In this document: positions 31,563 to 41,428 of the stretch, one piece after another
How positions within the stretch are numbered: the first letter of the stretch is position 1
How the letters are laid out: every line of letters starts with the position of its first letter
NCBI GenBank assembly: GCA_049968255.1
Contig: JBMFRB010000003.1
Span: forward strand, 128,898 to 192,897
Length of the DNA stretch: 64,000 nucleotides
Source of the DNA: Candidatus Sumerlaeaceae bacterium
GTDB taxonomy: Bacteria > Sumerlaeota > Sumerlaeia > Sumerlaeales > Sumerlaeaceae
Reading direction: 5' to 3'
The notes under the pieces: model-generated
What the model saw: the letters and a program-made list of their open reading frames with translations, nothing else
Told to the model about the DNA's origin: nothing
Database searches by the model: none
Made by a program: the position numbers and the translations under genes

Positions 31563-34500
31563 ATGACGATGAAGAGTTGGGGCCGTGGACTATTGTGGCT
31601 GACATTGTTTTGGGCGGCCTGCGCCTTTGCATGGGCCAGGTCCCCGGAATACCGCGTCATGTGGGTATCGCGTTTTGAGTGGCCAAGTGCTGACCCAGCC
31701 ACTGCAAAGGCAAATGTGGACAACATCATGCAGACGCTGGCAGCCAATGGCTTCAACGCCGTGCTATTTCAAGTGCGCGGGCAATGCGACGTGCACTATC
31801 CGTCGCCTTACGAGCCGTGGGCCAGCACGTATGGCTGGACGGATCCGGGTTGGGACCCGCTCGCGTACGCGATCCAATCGGCTCATGCGCGTGGTCTCGA
31901 ATTTCATGCTTACATCAACACGCATACCCTGGCGCAGGGCACTCCCCCCGCAAACACAGTCCCCCAACACCCCTACAATCTCCATGGCCCGAATGTCCCG
32001 CTCGAGCAAAGCTGGGTCATCCGTGACCAATCTGGCGCCACCGCAACGAGCGACAACTACACCTGGATCAGTCCCGGTATCCCCGAGGCAAGCTGGTGGG
32101 TGCGCCGTGCCATCATGCATGTGGTGGAAAACTACGATGTGGATGGCGTGCACTTTGACCGCATCCGCACGCCCGGACCACAATACAGTTATGATCCAAT
32201 CACTGTGGCGCGCTTCAATGGCGACGGCAACCCCGACGGCCTGGCTTGGGGCGATTTCATGCGCAGTCAGATCACGCGCGACTTGCGCCACATTTATGGC
32301 GAAATCCAATGGAAGAAGAAAAAGGTCAAAGTCTCGGCCGCGCCCTTCGGCATCGTTTACAAGGACGCAACGACGAACTACCAGGGCACAGGCACACAGA
32401 GCTATTTTCAATGGTACCAAGACAGCTGGGGATGGATGTCAGCGCACGTCGTGGATTTTATGGTGCCACAAATCTATTGGGAGGTGGGCAGCAGCCATCC
32501 CTTCGAGTTGCTTTTAGCCGACTGGCTCAATCATGCTGCAGGGCGCTATGTGGTGGCGGGCAGCACGACGGATGGCGGGACAAAACTCGCCAGCAGCCTG
32601 CTCGCAGAATATCAGCAGACGGTGCAGCAGAACGCAGCTGGGCACTGCATTTTTTCATTTAGCACGATGGGGCCATATTGGACAACTTTCGTGTCGGGGC
32701 CCTACGCCTCGCCCGCCCAGATTCCTGACATGCCGTGGAAAAGTGCCCCGACCACAGGCAACATTGTCGGCTACGTGCGCGACAAAAATGGCTTTCCCGT
32801 CCTGGACGCGAAAGTGAACCGGGTCGGCGATCCTTACAATTATCTTTCAGCCTATGATGGTTTTTTTGCGATCCTTGAAGTGCCGACGTCCGTCCCACTC
32901 ACGCTCACGGCCTCCAAGGCGGGCAAGGGCAAAGCCACAGCTACCGGTATTGTCGTGGCGACCGGAGAAACAACAGTCATTACGCTCACACTCTCGCTCA
33001 GCGAAGGCAGTGTGAAGTTCGATAAGGCGCAGTATCAGTTTGGCGAGCTGGCCCGCATTCGCTTGGACGACGATGATCTTGAAGGAACGGGAACGGTTAG
33101 CGTGAAGGTCTCCAGCCCTTCCGAGCCGACCGGGGAAACGGTGATGCTCGACGAGGGCACCACGCCAGGGCAGTTTTTTGGAAGCATCTTGCTCGTTGGC
33201 GAGGGAGCCACGCAACCGAATGACGGAACGCTGAAAGTCAGCGTGGGCGATGTGGTGACGTGCACATACGAGGATGCCAACCGCGGCGATGGAACGCCGA
33301 CGACGACCACGGCCACGGCCACCATTATTGCGCCGCCAGACATCATCCTGGAGAGTCGCACCCCGAGCGGCGCAGTGACACCCGCACCCTTTTACCAGGA
33401 ATACATCACCACTAGCGGAGCATGGGCCAACACGACGGCCAAGAGTCAGGCGCCTGGACTGCAAGCGCCGGGCAGCCGGTTTACCGCCACGGGCTCGCTG
33501 GGGGCCTACGCGGTCTGGCGACCTCATATCATCACGCCCGGCCTTTACGACGTCTACATCACACTGGCGAACGCAGTGCGGGGGCCAAACAATGATTCGC
33601 CTGGCGCAGGCTTTGTTGTCCAGCATCTCAAAGGAACGACAGCAGGGACATTTGATCTGTCGAAAAACAATCCGGCAATCACAGACAAGTGGATGCTGCT
33701 TGCCAGCGACGTGCCGCTTGGGCCTGGCACGAATGGCAGCCTCACAATTATCAACAATAATCCGAACTCCTCGGCCACACAGCGATTCTGCATGGACGCC
33801 GTAAAGTTTGTCTTCAAAGGATTTGCCGCCACAGGCTCAGGGATGGTGAGTTTCGACAAAGGGAAATACGGTGTGCCAGCTGTGGCAACGGTCCGTTTGA
33901 CCGACGCGAATCTCATGGGCGTCGGCTCAGCGACTGTTTTCCTCACCAGCGGGGCGGAAGTCACCACAGAGGCGCTGGCACTGTCCGAAATCGGTGCTAC
34001 GGGCGTGTTTGAAGGAACTATCGCGTTGGCTCTGGGCATGCCTGTTAGCGGGGACGGGATCCTGCAGGTCAATCCTTTGGATGTGATTGTTGCCACTTAC
34101 AACGATGCTGACAACGGCACCGGCACCCCTGCCGTGGCGACGGCGACCGCACTCGTGGATGGCGTGCCGCCAAGTATTTCCAACATTGAAGTGACAAATA
34201 TCCAGGCCACGCAAGCGACCGTGAACTTTGTCACCGATGAGCCATCCACCGCGGTTGTGCGCTACGGCCAGACCAAGGACGACCTCCACTCTAGCGTGCG
34301 CGCGGACTCTCCGTCGCAAAGCTTTTCGGTTCCACTAAGCGGTCTGTTGAGCGACACAACTTATTATTTCATCGTCGAGGCAGCCGACGAAGTGGGAAAT
34401 CTCGCACGTGCAGATCAGGGCGGGCAGGCGTACTCGTTCCGCACGTCGCCACTGACGTATGGCTTGACCGAGAACTTTGATACTCAGCCTGACCAGTGGA

Positions 34501-37307
34501 GCAAGTCGGGGCTTTGGCGCCTTGTTGGAGCAGACGATGCCTGTCTGTCGCCGGCGTCGCCACCCTATTGCTACCACTATGCAAAGCCTGACACATGCAC
34601 TTATGAAACGGGGGGCATTAATAAAGGAAGTCTCATCTCGCCGGAATTTGTTGTCCCACCGCTGGGTGAACTGACCTTTGCCAGCCGCGAGTGGACGGAG
34701 GGCTCTACTACCCTCTGGGACACAAGGAAAATCTACGTTCTCACGAATAACGGTACAACCCGAAACCTGCTGGCACAACTCACAGGTTCTGGATGGGAAT
34801 GGTACGTTGCCGGCCCATTCAGTTTGGCTGCTTATGCAGATCAGGTGGTCGCGCTGGAGTTCGAGTTCGACACAAAAGACGCCTACCTCAACAGTTTCCC
34901 AGGCTGGGCCGTTGATGACGTCCTGGTGGAGAGCGCGGATAAGCTTGTTGTTTCGAGCGGCTTCTTAGATGCGCGCGGGAACATCGGAGGCCCATTCGAA
35001 CCCGCCGCGGTTGAGTTCGCTCTGTGGAATAAAGGCATGACACCGATTGAGTGGGCAACGAGTCAGACGGTGAGCTGGTTCGACCTGTCTCAAACGAGCG
35101 GCACACTTGCCCCGGACGAGCGCACCACGATCACCGTGGCGCTCAACGACGAAGCCCTTTCCCTACCCGAAGGGCTCCACGTTGGCTCGGTTTCGTTTTA
35201 CAATGTAGCCACGAGCCTCATGAAAGAGCGGAAGATACAGTTGACCGTCGAGAATCCGCCGGCTGCCCCTTCAGATCTGCGCGCGACGAGTGTGACGCAG
35301 ACGGCCATAGCTCTTGAATGGATCGACCAGGCGGACAATGAGACCACTTACGTGCTCCTGCGAGCTCGCGCCGGAGAGGGGCTCTCGCCACGGGCTCTGC
35401 TTCCGGCTAATTCCACCAGCTTTTTCGACAGCGGTCTCGATGCGGACACGAGTTACACTTATGTGGTGAGAGCGGTCAATTCTTGGGGGTATTCGCCGCC
35501 ATCGAACGTGCTCGATGTCCTGACGCTGCCTTGGCCGCCTGCTCAACCAACAAATTTGCACGTCTGCGGTGTGACGCAGACGCAGGTCTGCTTGGCGTGG
35601 AGTGACGAGGCCGAAAATGAGACGGCCTATGAAATCGAACGCGACACGGGTTCCGGATTTGAGCATCTGGCAACTTTGCCGGCAGATAGCGACACATTCA
35701 CCGATCCGTCGCTGGATGCGGAAATGAACGTTCTCTATCGGGTGCGCGCCGTAAATGCAGGTGGCGCATCGCTCTGGTCGAATAGGGTCGAAGTTCGCAC
35801 ACTCCCGTGGGCCCCAGCTATTCCTTTGAACCTCTCGGCCGCTCTCGTCGATGGTCACACTCAGCTCACCTGGATAGACGCGTCGACCAATGAGACGGGT
35901 TTCGAGCTCGAATGGCAGGTGGATGATGGGCCTTTCCTTCCTCTGGCGAATCTGCCCCCGAATACGTCGTCCTATATCCACAGCTTGCCAGCCCCAGGCA
36001 CGCGCAACTCTTATCGCGTGAGAGCGATCAATGCCGGGGGCGCGAGCGACTGGTCGAATACGGCTGAGATGATCACACCCCTCGCCTCGACATTTGTCGA
36101 CGGACCGCAGGGGTGGACGCTCCACGGTATCCCTTCCGAGGTGGTCACGGGCGATTTCGACGCGGAGTGTGGCGCACTCCGCTTGAGAGTGAGCTCATCG
36201 AGCCAGCAGCGTATCCTCGGCTGGCAATCGCCGCGGCTGCCTTTGACGGGCAAACCCGAGACGATTTATCGTTTCAAAGCCTACGTGTTCCGCTCGGGGC
36301 AGGCTAATATGGGCGACCCGAGACAAGTGCCCAATATGCGCCTACGTTGTTCCGTGCGTTATGCGATGAACAGCATGCTCGAAATGTTCTGGCATCTTGC
36401 GCTTGATCCTACGTCTGACGTGGACATGCTGCCGAACATCCCCTCGAGTGATCCGCAAAGGCCGACAGCGTACCGTGTGGATCTCGATCCCGTTGACGTG
36501 CCTGCGCTTGATCCAGTCGCGGCGCCCAACGAAGGTGTGCAGGGAATGTTTGAGGTTTACTCGCTTGAACCACAGGAAAACGGCTCACTGGAGCTGGCCG
36601 AAGCCGCGCTCATGGCACTGCCTGCGCCAGCGAGTGTCAGGCCACTGAAAACTTACGTGACCGGGCCAAACGATGCAGGCGATCTTCACCGCGGCATCTA
36701 TATGCGCTCCACTCTCGGCGGCACAGTTCCCTTGCCGACAATTGACGATTCGACAACCTATGGCCTTATCCTGGATTCTACGGCCTGCTCGCCCGATGAC
36801 GTCGCCGTAGCGGTGGCTGAGATTGATCCGGGAGCTGATTTAGCAACCCGCGTGCGTGTCGAGCCCGGGCGCCAGTATCGCGTGCGCTGGCACGTGGTGA
36901 GTCCCCGCCAAACGAACCTTCAGGCACAATTGCGGTTGCGGTTGCGCACGCTGCGCTTTGCGTGGTCGCAAAAACTTGAACTCGGCGGAGCTTGGGCTGC
37001 TGGCCCCGTCAACAACGCCATTGCTCAGCAGGCACTGCCCGGCGTGGGAACAGGCAATCCAGCCAAGCGGGGGGATGAGCTCCCCGCAGTGCTCGACGGC
37101 GGGTGGTACACGATGTATTTCCACGGGCCTCCTGTGGTGCCACTGAAGCAGCCCGGGCCCGGTGTGCCACGGCCCTCCCGACGCGATGTGAAATGTGGCG
37201 TCGATGTCATCGATACGTTGACCCATGCGTCTGAAGGGCGCAGCGAGGGCGGACTTTTCTTCGTGGACGCGATCGAAGTGGCTGATTTCCCGACCTTGCC
37301 CGATTGA
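31563..37307 (+). CDS. Large secreted GHL10 (DUF187) hydrolase with carboxypeptidase-regulatory-like, golvesin-like and FN3 domains
   Basis: Signal peptide; EYRVMWV, FNAVLFQVRG, DPLAYAIQSAHARGLEFHAY, YDVDGVHFD, DFMVPQIYW; several FN3 repeats (W.D.A.NET...YRVRAVN.GG.S.WSN). Confidence 0.85.
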   Translation: MTMKSWGRGLLWLTLFWAACAFAWARSPEYRVMWVSRFEWPSADPATAKANVDNIMQTLAANGFNAVLFQVRGQCDVHYPSPYEPWASTYGWTDPGWDPLAYAIQSAHARGLEFHAYINTHTLAQGTPPANTVPQHPYNLHGPNVPLEQSWVIRDQSGATATSDNYTWISPGIPEASWWVRRAIMHVVENYDVDGVHFDRIRTPGPQYSYDPITVARFNGDGNPDGLAWGDFMRSQITRDLRHIYGEIQWKKKKVKVSAAPFGIVYKDATTNYQGTGTQSYFQWYQDSWGWMSAHVVDFMVPQIYWEVGSSHPFELLLADWLNHAAGRYVVAGSTTDGGTKLASSLLAEYQQTVQQNAAGHCIFSFSTMGPYWTTFVSGPYASPAQIPDMPWKSAPTTGNIVGYVRDKNGFPVLDAKVNRVGDPYNYLSAYDGFFAILEVPTSVPLTLTASKAGKGKATATGIVVATGETTVITLTLSLSEGSVKFDKAQYQFGELARIRLDDDDLEGTGTVSVKVSSPSEPTGETVMLDEGTTPGQFFGSILLVGEGATQPNDGTLKVSVGDVVTCTYEDANRGDGTPTTTTATATIIAPPDIILESRTPSGAVTPAPFYQEYITTSGAWANTTAKSQAPGLQAPGSRFTATGSLGAYAVWRPHIITPGLYDVYITLANAVRGPNNDSPGAGFVVQHLKGTTAGTFDLSKNNPAITDKWMLLASDVPLGPGTNGSLTIINNNPNSSATQRFCMDAVKFVFKGFAATGSGMVSFDKGKYGVPAVATVRLTDANLMGVGSATVFLTSGAEVTTEALALSEIGATGVFEGTIALALGMPVSGDGILQVNPLDVIVATYNDADNGTGTPAVATATALVDGVPPSISNIEVTNIQATQATVNFVTDEPSTAVVRYGQTKDDLHSSVRADSPSQSFSVPLSGLLSDTTYYFIVEAADEVGNLARADQGGQAYSFRTSPLTYGLTENFDTQPDQWSKSGLWRLVGADDACLSPASPPYCYHYAKPDTCTYETGGINKGSLISPEFVVPPLGELTFASREWTEGSTTLWDTRKIYVLTNNGTTRNLLAQLTGSGWEWYVAGPFSLAAYADQVVALEFEFDTKDAYLNSFPGWAVDDVLVESADKLVVSSGFLDARGNIGGPFEPAAVEFALWNKGMTPIEWATSQTVSWFDLSQTSGTLAPDERTTITVALNDEALSLPEGLHVGSVSFYNVATSLMKERKIQLTVENPPAAPSDLRATSVTQTAIALEWIDQADNETTYVLLRARAGEGLSPRALLPANSTSFFDSGLDADTSYTYVVRAVNSWGYSPPSNVLDVLTLPWPPAQPTNLHVCGVTQTQVCLAWSDEAENETAYEIERDTGSGFEHLATLPADSDTFTDPSLDAEMNVLYRVRAVNAGGASLWSNRVEVRTLPWAPAIPLNLSAALVDGHTQLTWIDASTNETGFELEWQVDDGPFLPLANLPPNTSSYIHSLPAPGTRNSYRVRAINAGGASDWSNTAEMITPLASTFVDGPQGWTLHGIPSEVVTGDFDAECGALRLRVSSSSQQRILGWQSPRLPLTGKPETIYRFKAYVFRSGQANMGDPRQVPNMRLRCSVRYAMNSMLEMFWHLALDPTSDVDMLPNIPSSDPQRPTAYRVDLDPVDVPALDPVAAPNEGVQGMFEVYSLEPQENGSLELAEAALMALPAPASVRPLKTYVTGPNDAGDLHRGIYMRSTLGGTVPLPTIDDSTTYGLILDSTACSPDDVAVAVAEIDPGADLATRVRVEPGRQYRVRWHVVSPRQTNLQAQLRLRLRTLRFAWSQKLELGGAWAAGPVNNAIAQQALPGVGTGNPAKRGDELPAVLDGGWYTMYFHGPPVVPLKQPGPGVPRPSRRDVKCGVDVIDTLTHASEGRSEGGLFFVDAIEVADFPTLPD

Positions 37308-37515
37308 TTCCGAGGTTCTGAGAAGTGGAAAACTGCGATCGCGAAGGGGAGCACTCGGCTCCCTGATGGCAAGCAACGCAGGACCGCGGCCGCTAGACTT
37401 TTGATTCACGACGATTTACGCACCTATTTCCGCCTTCATGGGGGATGAAGGAATTGGAGTATTTCTTGCTAATCCGTGTCATTGAACCCAGATCATTGAA
37501 CTGCTTGAGAAACGC

Positions 37516-38346
37516 ATGAGATTCTGGGCGAAAGGGCGAACGGGCATGGCAAACCGCACATGTGGGATGATGGGAAAGCACGCCGGGTGGTGGGGGAGGA
37601 GCGGCTCTCGGGCTGCCGCTCTTGCGGCCAAAGGTGGTAGTAGAACGACAGATCCTTTGCAAAGCGAAACGACATATCAGCCGCGGTGGCGCATTGTTGC
37701 TTTGCATGGTCTTCTGTGCGTTTTGGGCTGCTTGGTGTTGGCCAGTTGCCAGCAGCGCGATGTGGTCGAACCTTTGAAAAGGCCAGAAGAAATTCGCGCC
37801 AAGATGGAAAAAGAAAAGGCCGAAAAGTCCAAAGCACGTCCAAAGTCCACGGTGCGTGCAAACGTGCGTCGGCCAGGCGCTATGGCCCAGGCGAAAGCGA
37901 CGCCTTCGCCCACACCGGCGCCGCCAATTGACTATACCCCGATCGTGATTGATGCTGCTAACATGTGGACAGATAAAGGCACGTCCGACCCTGCTGGCGG
38001 GAAAAAACTCTCGCGCAATGGCTTCCTGCAGATCGATAACGTCCAAGTTCCCTACCCCGTGGGGGAGGTGATTCTCGAAATGAAGGGAAGCCCGCTCGGC
38101 AATGTGTGGCCGGAAGTGGATCTAAACATGTTCAACCGAACCGAGAAGCGCAACTTCTTCCCGTGGGGGCGAGATTACGTCACCACATCGAGCTTCCACC
38201 TGTTTGCGAAAAAAGTTGATCCTCCGATGCCGCCGGGGACCTATCTTGTCACGTTCCGTTACTATAATGACACTCTGTCCGAGAATCCGAATGAGGACAG
38301 AGCAGTCACTTTGAAACGAATTGAACTTACGCCCGCACAGCGCTAG
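37516..38346 (+). CDS. Putative lipoprotein with C-terminal carbohydrate-binding-like module
   Basis: Lipobox LVLASC, Pro/Thr linker, YYND....EDR.V....IEL reminiscent of Ca-dependent CBMs; start uncertain. Confidence 0.55.
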   Translation: MRFWAKGRTGMANRTCGMMGKHAGWWGRSGSRAAALAAKGGSRTTDPLQSETTYQPRWRIVALHGLLCVLGCLVLASCQQRDVVEPLKRPEEIRAKMEKEKAEKSKARPKSTVRANVRRPGAMAQAKATPSPTPAPPIDYTPIVIDAANMWTDKGTSDPAGGKKLSRNGFLQIDNVQVPYPVGEVILEMKGSPLGNVWPEVDLNMFNRTEKRNFFPWGRDYVTTSSFHLFAKKVDPPMPPGTYLVTFRYYNDTLSENPNEDRAVTLKRIELTPAQR

Positions 38347-38361
38347 AAGGGGGCAACTCGT

Positions 38362-40026
38362 TTGAGTTCGTGGAGCATAGGGCAAAGTGGCACGGCACCC
38401 CGAGCGTTTGCGCCTCAGGGGGGCCTTTTGCGCTTTTGCCTGGGAGAGCCCCTCGATCGGCATTTCTGGTGGGTCGTTGTCGTGGCTATGCTCTCTGCTG
38501 GGGCCAGGGCGTGGGTGGCGAATCGGCTCGAGCTTTTTCAAGATGAATCGCTCTACTGGTATATTGGTGTCTTTGCGCCCCTGACGTTTTCACCCCATCC
38601 GCCCGGGCTGCCGCTGATTGCGCGTTTTGGTGCTGCCCTTTTCGGCAAGACCGAGCTTGCCATCCGCTTTGGCAACGTGGTGCTTGGCTCGCTTGCGCTC
38701 CCGCTGTTTTATTTTCTTGGTCGGCGGATTCTTGCAAGCAGTGCCGTGGCGTGGTTGGCAACGCTGGCCTTCGCGCTTACCCCCATCTATTTCGCCTTCG
38801 GCGCCATTTGCACGCCGGATATGCCTCAGCTCTTTTTTTGGGTTGCTCTGCTGTATGCCACATGGCGTGCGATTGAGGGCGAGGAGCTGTGGTGGGTTTT
38901 GGTAGGCGCCCTTTTTGGGGTCGGACTTTACTTCAAATACATCCTGATCCTTTACGCTCCCGCCCTAGTGATTTATTTTTTGTGGAGCGGTGAGCTCTGG
39001 CGCGCCCTCCATTCGCGCTTCTTTCGGCTGGGAGTTTTTCTTGCCCTGCTGCTCTTCTTCCCTGTTGCCGTCTGGCGTGAGGCACAAACTGGCTGGGACG
39101 CTCTCGCTTATCATTTGCGCGACCGCCAGGATTTCGACTTTTCTCCTTTGCGCAATGGATTCGTCTATTTTGCCGTTCATCTGGCGTACTACTCTCCGCT
39201 CTTTTATGTGGGAGCTATTGCGGGAATTGTCGCGTCGGCCTGGCGTGCCTGGCGCCAGCGTGATTGGCGTTTAGCTTATCTGGCCACCTTTGGTGCGGTC
39301 CCTTTTTTGTTTTTTGCTTCCATCGCGTTTTTCACGCGGCGCGAACTCAGCCGAGAGCAGTGGGATGCGCCGGCGTACGTGGCCGGGCTGATCGCGGCAG
39401 CGTGGCTAGTTCGCGAGCTTATGCATGGCGCAAGGACGCGAGTTGCGCGTTTGCGGTTTCGCGCACTCGTGCAGGTGGCGTTTGTTCTGGCGGCGCTCAC
39501 TGTGGCGATTGTGACCACCGAGGCATTCACGACGTTGCCATCGAAGCTTCTTGGTTTCCGGCCGCTATTTTCTGTGATGGAGGGAGGGCGTGCGCTTGCC
39601 CGTCGGGTCGATGCGATCCGCACCACACTGCCGGCAGAAGCCCACACGGTGGTTCTTGGCAATTCTTTCATTCCCGCCATGCAGTATGCGTTTTACTCAA
39701 AGAGCACGCCAAAAGTTTTCACACTGGAGCACAAGCACAACCGGCGCTACGGCTTGCGAGGGATTATCGAGCGCACAGGGATGTCAATGCGTGATCTTGC
39801 CCAGAGGACGGGTGTGGATGCAATTTTTGTTGCCAGTGGCGGGCCCAACGAGGACTCAACGCGCAAGCTTGCTGAGCTCAAGCAAAGATTGCTCCAGTAT
39901 TTTGAAGCGGTCGAAGTGCTTCCCCCCCTGCCTATTCTCACGAATGGGAGAGAGATCGGGCGGTTTTACCTTCTTTACTGCCGCCGCCTCTACATTTCGG
40001 CTTCTCCCTCGTCACGAGCTGAATAA
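38362..40026 (+). CDS. ArnT/PMT family (GT-C) membrane glycosyltransferase
   Basis: DESLYW, HPPG, ELAIR, TPDMPQLFFW, GLYFKY, multiple TM helices. Confidence 0.88.
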   Translation: MSSWSIGQSGTAPRAFAPQGGLLRFCLGEPLDRHFWWVVVVAMLSAGARAWVANRLELFQDESLYWYIGVFAPLTFSPHPPGLPLIARFGAALFGKTELAIRFGNVVLGSLALPLFYFLGRRILASSAVAWLATLAFALTPIYFAFGAICTPDMPQLFFWVALLYATWRAIEGEELWWVLVGALFGVGLYFKYILILYAPALVIYFLWSGELWRALHSRFFRLGVFLALLLFFPVAVWREAQTGWDALAYHLRDRQDFDFSPLRNGFVYFAVHLAYYSPLFYVGAIAGIVASAWRAWRQRDWRLAYLATFGAVPFLFFASIAFFTRRELSREQWDAPAYVAGLIAAAWLVRELMHGARTRVARLRFRALVQVAFVLAALTVAIVTTEAFTTLPSKLLGFRPLFSVMEGGRALARRVDAIRTTLPAEAHTVVLGNSFIPAMQYAFYSKSTPKVFTLEHKHNRRYGLRGIIERTGMSMRDLAQRTGVDAIFVASGGPNEDSTRKLAELKQRLLQYFEAVEVLPPLPILTNGREIGRFYLLYCRRLYISASPSSRAE

Positions 40027-40139
40027 CCGGCCGTAGCGTACGAAATAGAGTCCCAGGCACGTTGAGGGGGCATGATATTTGTCCGAGACGCAAGTCCCTC
40101 CGAAGTTTTTTCTGCAAGCTGTGCGGTAGTGGCACGCCG

Positions 40140-41414
40140 CTAGCGCTTTTCCTCACCGCTTTTTCTAAGTTTTTCAATGAGTTGCGACGGGACGGGGAGC
40201 GTGCTGCCGGAAACTTTCTCGCTGCCGGTCACCGCGGCGGGACTGGTGCGCGAGGGAATTTCGCGCCGATTGAAAATACCGCCCGAGGCAAAAAGTTGAA
40301 GCGCGAGAATGAGAAGAACGCCTGCTGCAAACGAGCCGAGAGTGAGGTACATCAGCCCACGCGTACGCCGCCGGATCGTCTCTACAGCGTCACGGATATA
40401 GGTGGCGATTTTCATGCGCATTTGCGTTTCGAGCTCCCGTGCCACAATGGCTTCCACGAAATTTGGCAACTGCTTGTCTATGGCATTAGCCACTTCTCGC
40501 TCGACAATTTCCCCCGTGATATCTTTCGCGAGTTTGGGAACGACCTTTTGTGCCGCAGAGTCTATCACCCCAATCACGCGCTGCGACGCTTCGGGCACAA
40601 GGTTCTCGACTTCCTTTTGCACGCGGCGTTGGACTTCGCGCGGAAGCACCTGCTCCAAAGCTTCACGCAGACGCTCGCGGGCGATTCCCGGAAGAATGCT
40701 GTCGGCCGCACGTCGCACAGCGCGTTCGGTTTCGTCGCGGAGCACCACGTCCACTGCTTCGGCCACTTTGCGCTCCGCAAGTTTTTCCACCATGCTGCGT
40801 GCCACCTCGTGGACGGTCATCTTCACGAGTTCTTCTTGCTTCTCCGCTGTGAGCTGTGTGACGCGCTCGTCCACCTCGCGACGGGCACGCTGGTCTACCT
40901 GCGAAACGACAAGCTGAAGCACGCGTTCGATGATGATCTGGGTGCGCTGCTCGACGGCTTGCTGGATGTGCACTTCGGCCAGTCGCTTGATGGTGGCCTC
41001 TGCTGCCTCGCGTAGGAATTGGCGACTCTTCTCAAGGATTTGCTTTTCTTCGAGCATGAGCTCGACTTTTTTCAGCAGCAGTTCCGGCTCGAAAGGTTTC
41101 TTTATCCACCCGTTAGCGCCCATAAGGGTGGGGCTTTCGTCGCCACGCAACTCTTCTTCGGGGATCATCAGCAGGACCGGCTTGAAATGGAACTCCTCGT
41201 CGCTTTTGAGCATCCGCGTGGTTTCGAGGCCGGTCATCTCGCGCAGTTTCGCATCCACAATAATGAGGGCCACGCTTTCCAGGTCCGGAAAGGTCAGTGC
41301 GGCAACCCCATTGGAGGCCACGCTCACGCGGTAGCCATTTGGTTCGAGAATTGCGCGAACCAATTCCTGGACCGCCACGTTGTTGTCCACGATGAGAATG
41401 TTTTCACCGGCCAT
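40140..41414 (-). CDS. Receiver-domain protein with long coiled-coil repeats and C-terminal TM helix
   Basis: ILIVDNN...LIIVD...GANGWIKKPF receiver; E/R/V-rich helical region; TM LMYLTLGSFAAGVLLILALQLF. Confidence 0.85.
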   Translation of the reverse strand: MAGENILIVDNNVAVQELVRAILEPNGYRVSVASNGVAALTFPDLESVALIIVDAKLREMTGLETTRMLKSDEEFHFKPVLLMIPEEELRGDESPTLMGANGWIKKPFEPELLLKKVELMLEEKQILEKSRQFLREAAEATIKRLAEVHIQQAVEQRTQIIIERVLQLVVSQVDQRARREVDERVTQLTAEKQEELVKMTVHEVARSMVEKLAERKVAEAVDVVLRDETERAVRRAADSILPGIARERLREALEQVLPREVQRRVQKEVENLVPEASQRVIGVIDSAAQKVVPKLAKDITGEIVEREVANAIDKQLPNFVEAIVARELETQMRMKIATYIRDAVETIRRRTRGLMYLTLGSFAAGVLLILALQLFASGGIFNRREIPSRTSPAAVTGSEKVSGSTLPVPSQLIEKLRKSGEEKR

Positions 41415-41428
41415 AGCGTGCACCCTGC

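Noticed and set aside
35260-36070. Repeated DNA segments inside the 1930-aa gene
   Set aside because: Explained by three tandem FN3 protein domains, not a CRISPR or mobile repeat
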